This document shows positions 1-14,530 of a stretch of DNA of 64,000 nucleotides, piece after piece; positions within the stretch are counted from its first letter, which is position 1, and each line of letters begins with the position of its first letter. The notes beneath the pieces were generated by a model, which saw nothing but the letters and a program-made list of their open reading frames with translations, was not told where the DNA came from and did not search any database. This DNA comes from Ginglymostoma cirratum (lineage: Eukaryota), in NCBI GenBank assembly GCA_024137785.1, contig JAHRHZ010000125.1, forward strand, positions 7,172,312 through 7,236,311, read 5' to 3'. The position numbers were made by a program, and so were the translations under genes.

Positions 1-100
1 GCTTTCCTGCTCCTATGATGCTGCTTGGCCTGCTGTGTTCATCCAGCCCCACACCTTGTTATCTCGGATTCTCCAGCATCTGCAGTACCTCTTATCTCTT
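1..100 (+). mobile_element. Penelope-like (Neptune-type) terminal-repeat fragment, truncated by the window edge
   Basis: Near-identical to copies at 14438, 39996, 57162 and to the 3' end of the GIY-YIG element at 10643. Confidence 0.8.
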
Positions 101-2761
101 ATTTAAACAGTGTCACTGCTGGGATTTTTGTGGAAACAATACTTAAATTCAAATCTTCTTTTGCCATCTATAATATTTACTGCAAGAGCTGCTTTTTTAC
201 CAGCAACTGAGAATAGGGCAATTTTGCTCCTAAGCAAATTATAACTGATACTTATTCATTAGGGGAATTGGCTAATAGCCTGAATTCACTTTGGGCAGCA
301 TTCGCTGTTTAACGGTGCTCTTGCACTTACTTTCTTATGTTGCAAAAATGTCTGATGGTTTAGGGCTCAAATGTACAACATGCCACTAATCCTGTGGAAT
401 CCTCATAAAATACAGGGCAGTCAGGGGAAACTACATTCTCATGTTTATATCAGTAACTGTTTTTTACTGGTAAGCACAGTTGTTTGACATTTAGACAGAT
501 TTTAAATGTGTTAGTGAATTAATATGATTCGGAGAGTGGGGGTGGAGCATGAGGGATGTAGGTGATGCCGAGCCAGAGAGATTCCAGTCCAGTCATAGAG
601 GGGAGGGACAAAGAATCAGGTCGGGGCCTAGGAGTGGGTGTCCAGGAAGGGCTGGGTCCAGAGTAGGGTAGTCTGATGATAGCGGGAGTTAAAGTTCGTG
701 TGGAGTGGATTGGGGTCCACAGGCAGTGGCGGCGGGAGGGTAGGATGAGAAACAGTTCCGGATCAGATGGGCCTCAGAAAGGTCCAGTCTGAAGTGGGGT
801 TGGGTGGGGAGAGAGGGATGGTGATGGTGAAAGAATTGTCCGAAGTGGGTAAGGTAGCCAATGAGAATGGCACGCGTTTAATTTTATAGTTTGCCAGGAG
901 TAAGAACAGGTTTTAAATGCTCTGACTTTTCTGGGCTAACTATTCAGGTACATAAGTTGGAGAATTCTAAAGTCTCTCATTCTAACACAGAGCTGGGAAT
1001 TTTCTCACAGGGTTCCAGATGCTGGGACATTTCTGCCAGAAGTTTCATCTTCCTGGGAAATTCCTGTGGGGTCAGCTGTGTTGGAATCTCCACAGGGCCC
1101 TGACACACAACCCCACTCTACCCTTCAGCAACAACCATCCTCCTATCAGAAATTCTGGGCCAATCTCATTCAACAAGGCTTACTGTCATTTCATCGTGAA
1201 GTTTGGAATTTTCAACAGTTAACAGATTATTGTTTTCAAAGAGGAGCGAAGGTTCAGTCACAGTATCTGACCACTGTCTGCACACTATAAAGCAGTATGC
1301 TAAATTTATACTTACGTCAGATTTTTATTGCATCTTTATCTCTTAAGCTAGCTGAGATTTTAAAATTCTCATCCCGGTTTTCAAATGCCTCCATTCTCTC
1401 AAATTTCTGTAAACTCCTCCAACCCTCTGAGATCTGTGCATTCCTCCAATTCTAGCTTCTGACGCATTGCAAATTTTCACTACGCCACCTTGACAGCCAC
1501 TTCTTTCACTGCCTAGACCCCACAAGCTCTGGAAATACTTCCCTAAACCTTGCCATCCTTCTCTCCTCTTCACCACTTAATCCTTTGATTACGCTCTTGA
1601 TCGACTGCCCTTATAATATCACATGTGGCTGGTTATCAATTTTGATTGAAAATATGCCTACGAATGTCTTATTTCCTGAAAGGTGTTATATGAATGCATA
1701 TTGCTGTTCAGATAGCATTAGTGTTTTTAGTTGCACAGATATTTGCATTTTCCTGCACAATCAAAAGATATAATTAGATCTGGAAAGTATCAGCAAGTGG
1801 TGAAGGCAAAGGAGGCTACCTTTCTCAGGCCACAGATGGGGCTAAATTTGCAGTCAATGTACACTTTTGGCATTGACAGCTTGATATTGGAGATCTTTTA
1901 CAAGAAAAACTGAAATAATAGTTTTAAACAACTGCATGCTTATGATCGTGTATACGACGACTATTTCCTCATTGCTGCCCGATATCTGTGCAACAAAAAC
2001 AGATTCTAAACTTGACTGCCACAGCACATCATGGAACCACTTTAGTCTATCTGGTTCTCCATATAAAAACGGAAATTATTACTGCTATTATACGCTTAAC
2101 AGAACAGTCTTTTGTCAAAATAATTGGAGGAAACAGTTTTTGTAAAAATAGCATTGAAAGTGCTACAGCACTTGTGCTGTCATCAATCTTGGGATACTTT
2201 ATATAGTTCACCTATTAACTTGTGTTGATATCTTCTGGAAGGACCATTTACTTTTAATTCTGAATTTGCCTGCATTCCCAGTTCCATAATATCCTCTTGA
2301 AATCCAACATTAAATTTAGTATTCTTTATACTATGTTCAGTTTAAACATGGAAAACCAAAACTGTACTTCACCACAGGAGCTGCCATCCTGCTTTTGGAA
2401 CACTTAAATATAATGGAAATAAATGTCAAGTGGAGACATGGAAGAGGCATGTCCCCTGCTCAATAAAGAGCATGAAAGTTAACAAGAGAAACATGAAAAA
2501 AAATGAATGGATTTCATAACCAGCGCAACAGGCACAGCAGGACTCTAAGGGATGTCAAAGGAAAGTGGACACTTAGATGATATACTGATTATTTAGCTAG
2601 TAATTCTTTAAATAAGCAAAGTACAATACCAGTTTTTTAAAATTAAAGTTATGAACAGAATTACTGTTATAAGCATTAGTAACAGGTTGTTAAATTACTT
2701 TGAAGATTTCATATTCTGATACTGATTTTAGTACTAATTTTACAATAGAAAGTACCCTTAC

Positions 2762-2783
2762 ATTTATCTTCTTTTCCAGTTAC
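2762..2783 (-). CDS. ANK2: ANK2 22-nt exon: VTGKEDK + 1 nt (positional counterpart of mammalian IDMTSEK)
   Basis: ttattattttacag|GTAACTGGAAAAGAAGATAAAT|gtaagg; phase 0 to 1, seven codons plus one base as expected before the giant exon. Confidence 0.75.
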
Positions 2784-4689
2784 CTGTAAAATAATAAAGG
2801 TAGAAAATAAGTATATGATATACATCATCAGTCAGAGCTGGTTATAAAGGTTTAATGGGTAGTTGGAATAACTTAGTGGAAACAGTGACAGAATGTGAAT
2901 TCATGCATGCAACACCACCCTTCCCCCCCCACCCCCCCACCATACTCCCCAGTTCCTTATTTCAGCCACACTAATATGTGCAAGTATGAAATGGATGTCA
3001 AATAGTTCCTCAGAGGCAGAACCCAACAATGCTGGGAGACAGTCACCCTGGGATGATTTCACATCTTTGCCTAATGTATCATGGCTACTTTCATGAACCA
3101 AAGACAGAATATTGTTAATATCACTGTTTTTTTCAATGTACTCTAATCTTTTAATGTACAGATATTATACCTTAGCCTGCACACAAAAACCAAAACGTGA
3201 AAATCTAGTAGCAACAATAGAACATATACACATGTATCTTATTCACAACATGCTTAAAGACCAAGTAATCTGTGACAGTAAATCAATAGCGATCAATAAA
3301 ATAATGTGCAAAAACTAAAACAAGGCCAGAAAATGTACCATTTTGAATTATCTCTGATTTTAATGATGCATTCCGGTAGTTTCCTAATATTACAGCTACT
3401 TCTGTAGATAGCAAATCAGATCGAAAATATAATGGAATATCAGAAATTAATTGAGAATTCTCAATGCAATATTTGCCTTTCCCTCTTCCTCTCCTACCCT
3501 ATCCACCGGTGAAACCCTTATCCATTCTTAGTTATCTTAAATTTGTCTTTGAAGAATCAATCTTGGGACACTTTTTGTAATTCACCTGTTGTTTCACTTT
3601 GATAACTTCTGAAAGGACCATTTTCTTTAATTCTGAATTCGCCTGATCCCCAGTTCCACACTGGGCACGGCTCAAGCATTTGGAAATTCTCTGGAAGGTT
3701 CTCAAGATCTGCTGTAAATTCAGCAGAGGATTTGGCAGAGACAGAGTAAATGGTCAAATCTTCTATTTCCTGGAGTTTCTACTAAGGATATTGGGAACTA
3801 TTGTCAAAATTCCACCCTATTACGTCAAGGCAATCTGATTTCTTTAGAGAATGGTAGAAAAGCAGAACAGTAGACTTGACTGAAAATTTATTTGGTCATC
3901 ACTGGGCTGTGGGGGACATCAAAGAGATTTCTTGGCAGGCATGCCAGTGAGATTCCTGTCTTAGGTGACTAGCCAAATTCTAAAGAAAACAGAAAATTTA
4001 AGTTTTGCCCATTCAAATGCTAATGTGCAATAGTTGTATTGCAGCACATGCCGGCAGTATTGCCACATATCCCATGTCTCCTATAAGATAGGAGACCTAT
4101 CTTCACGGCCTTGCCTCATGAACATACCACGAAAGCTTGGAGTTCTTGGTGAGAGAAAGGGGAAACGGGGGATCTGCAGAATCAAGCAACATGTTTAAAA
4201 TCAATTATGACTGAAGGTGAACATTAAACTGGTGGGCATGACAACTAGACTGGTATTGGGTGGGTGGAATTCTGAGATGCTAACATGAACGTTCATGCAT
4301 TGCTTGATTCCACAAAATCAATGTTAAAGATCTTCTTATGTTTTCCAAGTGACCTTTAGCTATGTGATTAAAGACCGTCGATTAGGTTGCTCTACTACCG
4401 GTATATCAGTTGATTAATTGTGCCTACACTGCAGATATCTCAAGATTTCATTGGGAGCTGGGAATTTACAGAAATTTCCTATTTATGAATTATAGACTCC
4501 TGTCTAAAACTCATGGGTTCACTGTTCAATCATTTCCATAATGTGTCAAACAGTCTTGTGGGGATCAGGAAAAGGATTGAGACAATAAATTCAGCACTGT
4601 TATTTTCACAAGGTGCTACAAACCATTAAGATGATACAATTTAAGCATTCTGCATTTGCCAATAAGATGAGTCAGTTAAACCTACAAAT

Positions 4690-7240
4690 CATATCATAGG
4701 AGCAAATGAGCAAGAATAGGCTATTCAGCCCCTCAACCTGTTCTGACATTCCAAATCACGGTTGATCATGGGTCTCATCACCATTTTCATACATTATCCC
4801 TATAACTCTTATATTTATGACTAGAAATCCTTAAATCTCTGTCTTAATGACCAAGTTTCCACAGCCCTCTGAGGTTAGAGAATTCCAAAGATTGACTACA
4901 ATTAAACAAGTTCCTCTTCATCTGAGTCCTAAATGGATTGCCCTTATTCAGAGCATGCATCCCTGGTTTTTGACCCTTCCCCAGCCAGAAGAAACATCCT
5001 TCCTTAATCTGTCCTCTCCATTCATTTAAAAGATCTGTAAGCCTCCAGAAATCTCCACTCATTCTTCTAAACTCTAGATGACACAGGCCCAATCCTCAAT
5101 ATCTCTTTACAGGTCATTCCCACCATCCCAGCAATCAGACTGCTGAACTTCCATTACACTACCTCGATGGCAAGTATACCCTTTCATAGCTAATGCTACA
5201 AAAACTGTACACAATACTTGTGTTGTGGTCTCACTAAGTCTCTAAAATTAAAGCAAAAATACATTTGTTCTTGTACTCAAATCCTCTTTTGTCAAAGCCC
5301 AACATTCCTTTTGTCTCTCTAATTGCCTGTTCCACTTGCATTCTAGTTTTCATTGACTTATGAATAAAGACACCCAGATCCTTATAGACATCAACATTTG
5401 CCAATCTCCTACTATTTAAAAAATATGCTGCACCTTTGGTCTTCCTATCAAACTGGATAACCTCACACATATCCACATTATATCTGAGCTGACATGCCCT
5501 TCTCCATTCACTCAGCTTGTCAAAAATCCCTTGAAGCCTGCATTCATTAGCTCCACAACGCAAGTTATCACCTGGCTTTGTGTTATTTGTAAACGTGAAA
5601 ATATTAAATTTGGATCGCACATCCAACTCATAGATATAGATTATAAGCTGCTGTGGTCCAAGCTTTGATTCTTTCAGTTCCCTCCTAGTGGCAGCCTGCC
5701 AACCTGAGAATGTCCCATTGCTCCCACATTCTATTTTCTTTCTGCTAACCAAACTTCAGTCAATGCCAGTATATTATACACTATCCAATGTCCTCTAAGT
5801 TTGTTTACCAGCCTCCTAAGTAACTTCATCAATATCCTTCTAAAAATCCAAAAACACGACATCGACTGGTTTCCCCTCATCTATTCTACTGCCAACATCC
5901 TAACAGATTTGTCAAACATGACTGCACTTTTGTACATTCATGTTGATTCTGCCTTTATAAATCATTACATTCTGAGCATTGTTATCACATATGAACAAGC
6001 CACAATAGTACATCATTCAGCCCTTCAAACCAGCTCTGCTATACAGTAAGATCTGATCTGATTTTCACTTCAACTCTATATAATTGCATATCCTTGACAA
6101 TATTTCATCCCCTTGGTAACCAAGACCTGCCCTAAAAATTCTGCATTCGCTGTCTTTTCAGGCAGACTTATTTTCTGTGGGATCAACACGTGTTTAACTC
6201 CTTTTTTAAAATATCTGAAGAAACCTTTCCAATCTATTTTAAGCTAATTTTCTCTGATAGGCAAACTCTCCCTTCTTAATCTGTTTGTATTGTTTGCTTT
6301 TACATATTTTCTGCTCAATCTTCTGACCTGCCACCTATCTTTGCACAATATGTCTATGAGTTTCGCCCAATTTTGACTTAAGTTAAGCATGGACGGTGGG
6401 TCCCTTGGAATTTTTCTTATCTGTTGGAATGTACCTATCCAGTGCTTTCTGAAATATTCCCCTACATGCTTGCCACTGCAACTCTATTGACCTACTTCTT
6501 AATTTAAATTATCAGATCACTTTTGTTAAGCTCTGCTTTCGTGCCCTCATGATTCCCCATGTTTAAATTCAAAATAATAGTCTTGGACCCACACTTAAGT
6601 TGCATGTGAAATTTAATTATGTTATGGTTACTGCTACCCAGAGTTGCTCTCACTGCATCTCAAAACTAGGTTTAGGATAGACTGCTCTCAGTTTGGTGCC
6701 ACAGCATGCTGGTTTAAGAAATTGTCTGAAAAGCATTCAATGAATTCCTGACCTAGATCACTTTTATCCTCATCTGATTTACCCAGTCTATATGTAGGTT
6801 AAACACCACCATGATAATCACATTCTGTCTAATAGATTTCAGTACTTGTTCTACTATTGACATTAGGCCAATAAAGGTCTGTAGTTCCCTGGTTTCTCTC
6901 TCCTATCTTTCTTAAATAGTGGGGTTACATTTGGAAACTCAAAATCTAAAGGCGTGTTCCTGAACCAATAGAATTTTTACTCATTATCACCAATACATCT
7001 GCCACACTGTTGGTCTCTCTTTTAACACAGTGTGAAATGTAGATTATTGTGTCCATGGGAATTGTCAACTTTCAGTCCCATTAATTTCTCCAATGCTACT
7101 TTTTTAAAAAACTAATTGTAATGTCTTTCATTTCCTCATTCTCACTAGTACCTTGGATCTCTATGGGAAATTTCTTCTTTCATCTTCTTTGAAGATAGAC
7201 ACAAGGTAATTATGTAGCTTCTCTGTTGTTTCCCTATTTC
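4690..7240 (-). mobile_element. Degenerate CR1-clade LINE fragments (ORF2 RT and 3' end); boundaries approximate
   Basis: ORF 5234..5752 resembles CR1 RT (LGPQ..., FTNNTK for FADDTK, KDLGVFIHKSMK, GFEYKNK). Confidence 0.8.
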
Positions 7241-9323
7241 CCTTATACCCTTTCCACCTAGGTCATTTGTACCAATGTGGGTGACAATATCTGGCTGTAC
7301 ACCATTCCCATGAAGAATGGCCTGCATCTGTTCAGTCACACGACTGATCGTGGAATCAGGGAGCAACAAACCATATTGCCACAACCTTGTTGGGAATGCA
7401 GAAGAGTGGATGGTTTGATTGGAATCAGGTTCCCAATATTCCACAATGGTTAAACAAGATATGCTGGGGGTCAGAACATTGTAAAAGAGGGTGAAGGTAA
7501 ATCTGGGGAAAATTCCTTTATCCTCCTTACAAAGGGATCCAAAGTTGTGGCATCTGGCAGTGGTTCCTAAATGAGAACCTCTCCTTCTTAGAATATACAT
7601 TGAGGTGTCTATTGACCTCCTGAATCTGGTAGAAGCCTGGCAAGCGTCATTTGTGGTCTCTGTGATATAAAAATGCAGATTGTTTAATATCGTGGGTGGG
7701 CTGGTATTTTGGTCAGTTGATTTCTATCAAGATCACTAAATTTCAGAAGTGAAACATTGTTGACCACTGCTTCTCCCCTTTAGCAGCCAATATCCTTTGT
7801 ATGCTTTCATTAGCTGAAGGCTCGATTTCTACAATGATCTCCTTACTGGCTACATGTTTTTTGCTCTTAAACTTTATGCAGAATGCCATCACATACATAC
7901 AACCTCGTTTATCCTAATCATGGTCATAACTAGCTATAAATGTTCTCATGCCATGGAGAACTGACTTTAAGAGTCTTGTGCTTGACTTCAAATTCTCTCA
8001 ATATGCTTGTCTCATTGTTTTTGCCAGCTGTACAAATCAGACTGCATCACCAACTCCCTCCATATTCAAATGAGAAATGCCATTTCCCATGCCATATTGT
8101 GCTATTAGTACACTTTTATATCACTTATAATCCCTCTTCCAATAACTTCAGTTTTTCACCTAACTCAACTTGTCTTAGATTAATCCTTCTCTTCTACAAT
8201 GCTTTTGATCCTCAGTCTGTTCTTCTCATCTCCTGTTTAGTGTCCAGTCTGTAAAAAATACTGCAGAACAATATACTGTTGCTTTAAATATTCATAAACA
8301 ATATCATCTGCAGTAGGCACACTTGACACTTTAAGACTGAATATATAGGCCTGAATTAATCCAATCACTGAATTATACAGATCAGGAAAACATACAGCTA
8401 GTTCCTACGTTGTGTGGAATTAACTTCAAAACGTAGTCTTCCAAATTGCAAAAGAAATGAGGAGGAACATTTTCTGTATTGGAGTTGATAAGTTATGGAA
8501 TTCTCTACCCCAGAGAGCAGCAGAGACTGCATCAATGAATGTAGTCAAGGTTGAAAGAAATAAATTGGATCTGCAAGGGTGTCAAAGATTATGAGGCATG
8601 CATAAAAGTAGTTATGGCCATTTTCAGATCAACCATTCACATCTTCATGAATAACAAAACAGGCTCCTTTTTTTTTTAATTTAAGCGATTCTTAGCAATA
8701 GCAGTTGGACAGGCACCATAATGACTTCAGATTCCTAGGGCTAGAGAGTAATTATTTGACAAGGTTTTCAGATCTTGGCTGCTGATCATTGACCTGCTGC
8801 AAATGCATAAATAGGCAATAGCAAAGGACAGGATTAGGGTTGGTTCTGACATGGTTAAATAACTTGCAGGCAGACTTATAATGATTACAACTGGATGACA
8901 GACAAATGATTGAAATGGTGAAGGGTGACTGATCCCTGTAGGGCTACATCCCAAGAACAAGTTAATTATTTTAGAACAGATGGAGAGAAGAGAAAACCAT
9001 TGAATAAATTGATGAAAGAAGGGACACAGTCTTTGTTGCAATTGGTGAAGCGGTGACAGCTTCAATTTGTGCAGAGCGTTGCTACAATTCCCAGGGGAAA
9101 CTAAATCCATTATCTCTTTTAAACTCAGATTTAAACTTCTTAATTAAAGGCAAGAAAAAGCTGATGCCGGGAATCAATGGACAATTAACACGAGATAATA
9201 CTGCTGTTGGAATAAGTAATTCTTGGAAACAGCACATTTTCATTTTGGAATCAATTCCAGGCCTTGTTGGAATGTTAGTGATGATATAATTAGGCAGCAA
9301 TGGTTTACTAGTGTTAGAATTAC

Positions 9324-9356
9324 CTCTTCCTCTTGCTCCTGATCTGAATCTGACTC
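9324..9356 (-). CDS. ANK2: ANK2 33-nt exon: ESDSDQEQEEE
   Basis: ggaaag|GAGTCAGAT...GAAGAG|gtaatt; matches mammalian ESESDQEQEEE. Confidence 0.92.
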
Positions 9357-10642
9357 CTTTCCATCCAAAGTTGATAACAGAAAGAAAAAGAGCAAGCAAA
9401 GCATGGAATAATCAGAAAAAGGCTGAGTTAAAAATAAGAAATAAAAAGAGCATCAAGAAGTCATTGCTCGTCAGCATTACAAATTATTCCAGAGAAATTC
9501 TATCCAATACATAACGAGGCAAGCTTCAGCATGAAGTTCACAGAGAAAAAAACTGGATCCATCCTGCATTGATAAGACTATTTGTTAAAGATGTATAATA
9601 CAACATAACATGCAAGGTCTTTAGTTCTAATGAGCTGTTTAGTAATTGTATGACTTGTTCTGAGTAATGAGAAAGGAAATAAAAACAAGGTTTACTCAAC
9701 AGGCGAGCAAAAAGTGTTAGTAATAGATAGCAGAAAAAGAAGAATTTTAAATTGGTAGTTTGGATTTCCTGAATACCATAGAATTATTTGCAGTTCCTTT
9801 ATATGTGTAAGCGCTACTTTTAAATATTTTGCACATGATCAACACACATTTCTACTCTTAGATGAATACAATGGAGGAATAGTACAATGCCTGACAAATG
9901 AAGCTTAAATATTACCACATCTAATCTGTCACCACCTACATGCTGTCAAATATACTATTTAAAAGGCATTGCAGGCTGCTGCAAAATATTAGGATTACTG
10001 TTCAAGAAGTCACTCTACATCTATATTTCAGCCAGGCAGTTAGTTGTCATTTTCTGCTCCATTTATTTCAGTAATTGCTACCTGCATAGACCAACAATTT
10101 TTCCCTTTAGACTAAAACCATTATTATCCTTCACCACTGGTGGGAGGTCCAGTTTCAAGAGTCAAAATGTCAGGCTATCAGCTTGTCCTTCCTGCTGTAT
10201 TGACCACATGGCTGAGAAAGTGTTGGGTAAAGAAAGAAAGCTATGAGATAAGGAAACTGAGCGAGTAAGGAAAGCTTGTTGGCTTGTGACATGAAGCATG
10301 ATGACATAATGGGCTGTACCTGAAGCCTGCTGGAATCAGAATGTGGCTATTTTACATACTGCTTGTTAGGATGAGGGCAAAGGTTAGGAAGAGATGGATC
10401 AGTGGTGTCTAGAAGAGTGAAAAATCTGGAATACAGTGACGCAAGGACACAATTTCTATATTCAAACAGATGCATAATCTTTAAAAATCTGAGCATGTAT
10501 TTTTAAAAGGGAGTGTAATGCAACAAAGTATTTAACTTCACTAAGACTAATGCAGATGTACTGATGACCTAAAATAAATAATGCAAGTTGCAGTTGAACA
10601 CAGTTATTGAAATTTTAGGGAGCAAGCCATCACATTTTCTAA

Positions 10643-11399
10643 GATAACAAGCATGGGGCTGGATGAACACAGCAGGTCAAGCAGCATCACAGGAGCAGGA
10701 AAACTTGACGTCTCGGGCCTAAACCCTTCATCAGAAATGGGGGAGGGGAAGAGGGTTCTGAAATAAATAGGGAGAGAGGGGGAGGCGGATAGAGGATGGA
10801 TAGAGGAGAGGATAGGTGGAGAGGAGGCAGACAAGTCGAAGAGGCGGGGATGGAGCCAGTAAAGGTGAGTGTAGGTAGGGGGGTAGGGAGGAGATAGGTC
10901 AGTCCAGGGAGCACGGACAGGTCAAGGGGGCGGGATGATGTTAGTAGATAGGAGAAGGGGGTGTGGCTTGGGGTGAGAGGAAAAACAGGAGAGGGAGGTG
11001 GAGATGAGCTGGGCTGGTTTTGGGATGTGGTTGGGGGAGGGGAGATTTTGAAGCTTGTGAAATCCACATTGATGCCATTGCGCTGCAGGGTTCCCAGGGT
11101 GAATATGATTTGCTGTTCCTGCAGCCTTCGGGTGGCATCACTGTGGCATTGCGGGAGGCCAAGGATGGACATGTCATCTGAGGAATGGGAGGGGGAGTTG
11201 AAATGGTTCGTGACTGGGAGGTGCAGTTGTTTGTTGCGAACTGAGCGCAGGTGTTCTGCAAAGCGGTCCCCAAGCCTCCGCTTGGTTTCCCCGATGTAGA
11301 GGAAGCCACAACGGGTACAGCGGATGCAGTATACCACATTGGCAGATGTGCAGGTGAACCTCTGCCTGATGTGGAAAGTCTGCAGTACCTTTTATTCCC
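10643..11399 (-). mobile_element. 5'-truncated Penelope-like element (Neptune-type) with GIY-YIG endonuclease and 16-bp TSD
   Basis: VYCIRCTRCGFLYIGETKRRLGDRFAEH...GTLQRNGIN in ORF 10687..11337; CCATCACATTTTCTAA at 10627-10642 and 11400-11415. Confidence 0.93.
10703..10737 (-). ncRNA. Minimal type I hammerhead motif, GAAA mutated to GAGA
   Basis: CTGATGA-AGGGTTTAGGCCC-GAGA-CGTC in the element terminal repeat. Confidence 0.6.
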
Positions 11400-13911
11400 C
11401 CATCACATTTTCTAACTTGGGCCAAGTGGAAGGAAGTGGATGTGGTTTTACATGGACCCTCCAAAATGGGAAATGCTGACTGCAGTGGTAGAACAAGGTC
11501 AGAACAGGAAACATAAGCAAATTGTTCTTCCCAGACATCACAGTGAAGTCATTCTCTGGCCATTCATGGCAGCAAATTCCAGAAGCAAAGTCACCTGCCA
11601 TTACTCATAGCAAACGTCTCAAATTCTCCAATTCACTCAAACTCATTAAAGACTCTATCCTCAGTCTCTTCTCCCTTATATCTACAATAGGACCACCCAT
11701 CCATTACGCTCGATGGACTGCAACTGTAGCATTTGCAGAAAGCTGTGTTTCCTCCAAAAGAGCTGTAGGGGGTGCACTCACCACACACACACAGTTGCAA
11801 ACCCTATATCAGGATCACAGAGGTCCGCAGCACTAAAAAAGGCCCTTCAGCCCATCGGGTCATGTCAAAAAACAATCACCTGACTATTCTAATCCTAGAA
11901 GCATTAAAAGGTCTGCCCCCAGTGTGAGGCTGAAACCTACAGCCCAGAGAACAATTTCTCATACACTAGCTGGGCTTGTTGTATCAGTGTCGTCCTCGAG
12001 AAAGTTTGCAATTATAATGTGAAGCGTGGGAGAACACCATATCTGTTCACCCTCAAAAACTGCAGTTCTAAAGAATTAAACAGTTGATCCATCCATATTG
12101 TCCACTTTTTAAAATGTCCGTATGTGTAGGTCGTGTTGAAAGAGTAGGTATTATGTATTAGGTATTAGGTTTAGCTGCAGGAGCATTTGTGAACCTTTCT
12201 TCGTTTTGAGAGTTATCTGGGCAAGCCAATCAGCTCAACCTTCAGTCATTGATGAAAAACCACAGGGTCTTTTGCAGGGGTTCAGTGGGAACTCATGCAA
12301 AAATCAAAAACATCTAAACTGCATATATGGCAATACTATGGGTGGACCTTCACCTAGAGATTAAAGGATTAGATGATTTATATAAAAAAAAATTTGACTC
12401 CATTCCTATTCTAAGTAGGTGACACTAGAACCCTGTTTGCAGTAACAGATGGATAATGATGTGTGCGCGATAGAGACTTTACCACTCATGACAGTAGAAG
12501 AAAGCAACATTCACACAGCTCCCTCCAGCAGCCTACAACTTTGTAGACTATTGTAAAACCAACCCATCCTTTGTCCAGCCCAGGACTTGCGTACCTTAAA
12601 AGTTGGGCCACCTGCGTTTAAAAAAAGCTCATAGTGCTTTGCAGTAGCCGTTGAAATTTTAAACTTCCAATCATCGGGTGGTATATGCAAATTTTAAAGT
12701 AGACTAAAGAGAAATGTACACGACCATAAGTTGGATGCACGGTCATGAACTTAAGCAATACTGCAAAACTAATGAATCAATATAATATTTCATAGAAGAA
12801 CAATAAAGTGTTTCTTATTTGTATGACAGTGGTAACCTAATGTTGATGCTCATATTTAGGATACAATATCTAGCTGGAAGCAGTGAAGGGTCTGATTAGA
12901 CATTGAGGAGGCAGATCAGCTGAAATTCCCAAATAAATGTTGCTCTCCTCACCTGTTAATTTAGGTGAAGGAGTTGGTTTTTCAGGTTGTAGCAGTAGTT
13001 TTCACCACATTTTGCCTTCAACATTTGTAATATCATCACTCTCCATAGGGTCTTATTGATCATTGTTCACTCATAGCAAAGTTCTGAAGCTTATAAAATG
13101 CCTACCACAATTTGCAAGATAGTGTTTTGCAGTATGCACTCATATTCACTAGACCTAATCCAGACACTGGAATCCTCCCCGAACATCCTTTAGAGCATTG
13201 CTTACTTCTTCTTTCCTTTACAATTGCTTCATGATATGCAGAACTTATTGTCCTTCTAAGAAACAGCAAGAGCCATGGGGGAGAAACAGGAATCCCTTGC
13301 TTGTTACACTGTAGCCATCCTGAAAGGTGAGACACTGGACTGATGAAGTCTGAAAACATTATGCTAGCCTCAAACACGTCATTGAGTCATGTGCAATTAG
13401 CTGCGATGTTGCATATAAAACTATACGTTTTGGGAGTAGAAAGCACATACAGTACATACGAAAGTTTACACTTACTTCAAGCAATGCCACAGTCACAGTA
13501 ATCTTAGTTGATCTAACAATTCTGTAAAGCTTTTACAAAGTTTCATTTCTGAAACACAGCTAACTCAGATAAAACACCTCAGAAAATGCATATCAGCGTA
13601 TAGATGACGCTGGCTGGCTATGGCTAGGCTATTGTGCGCCTGTCCTTGTGGTCCCTGATTGCTCAGGTATCTCTTGCAGCATTTTAGTGTTCCTCTCTTC
13701 TTTCACTAGCTGTGTTATAAAAATGTGGCTCCAGTTGTTCAGTGCTCAGTTAGAAGCTTGGCAATTCTCTTGAAATCGAATGCTTTCCAAAGCTAATGCA
13801 GAATGAATGGGAACTTCCCTCAATAGAACAGTGAGTTTCTTTTTCCAATTTATACAGTGGGCCCCAAGATAGGGCTAAATGCTTCCAAAACACAACCTCT
13901 AATGAATAATG

Positions 13912-14530
13912 AGATAACAACGTGTAGTGCTGGATGAACGCAGCAGGCCAAGCAGCATCAGAGGAGCAGGAAGGCTGACGTTTCGGTCGAGACCCTGCTC
14001 CTCTGATGCTGCTTGGCCTGCTGTGTTAATCCAGCTCNNNNNNNNNNNNNNNNNNNNNNNNNNNNNNNNNNNNNNNNNNNNNNNNNNNNNNNNNNNNNNN
14101 NNNNNNNNNNNNNNNNNNNNNNNNNNNNNNNNNNNNNNNNNNNNNNNNNNNNNNNNNNNNNNNNNNNNNNNNNNNNNNNNNNNNNNNNNNNNNNNNNNNN
14201 NNNNNNNNNNNNNNNNNNNNNNNNNNNNNNNNNNNNNNNNNNNNNNNNNNNNNNNNNNNNNNNNNNNNNNNNNNNNNNNNNNNNNNNNNNNNNNNNNNNN
14301 NNNNNNNNNNNNNNNNNNNNNNNNNNNNNNNNNNNNNNNNNNNNNNNNNNNNNNNNNNNNNNNNNNNNNNNNNNNNNNNNNNNNNNNNNNNNNNNNNNNN
14401 NNNNNNNNNNNNNNNNNNNNNNNNNNNNNNNNNNNNNTTCCTGCTCCTCTGATGCTGCTTGGCCTGCTGCGTTCATCCAGCTCTACACCTTGTTATCTCA
14501 GATTCTCCAGCATCTGCAGTTCCTACTATG
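13912..14530. mobile_element. Inverted pair of Neptune-type terminal repeats spanning the gap, 14-bp TSD
   Basis: TCTAATGAATAATG at 13898-13911 and 14531-14544. Confidence 0.85.
14038..14437. other. Assembly gap (400 N)
   Basis: Run of n. Confidence 1.

Noticed and set aside
11910-11970. tRNA-like T-arm on the minus strand
   Set aside because: Too degenerate for a cloverleaf; at most a SINE remnant
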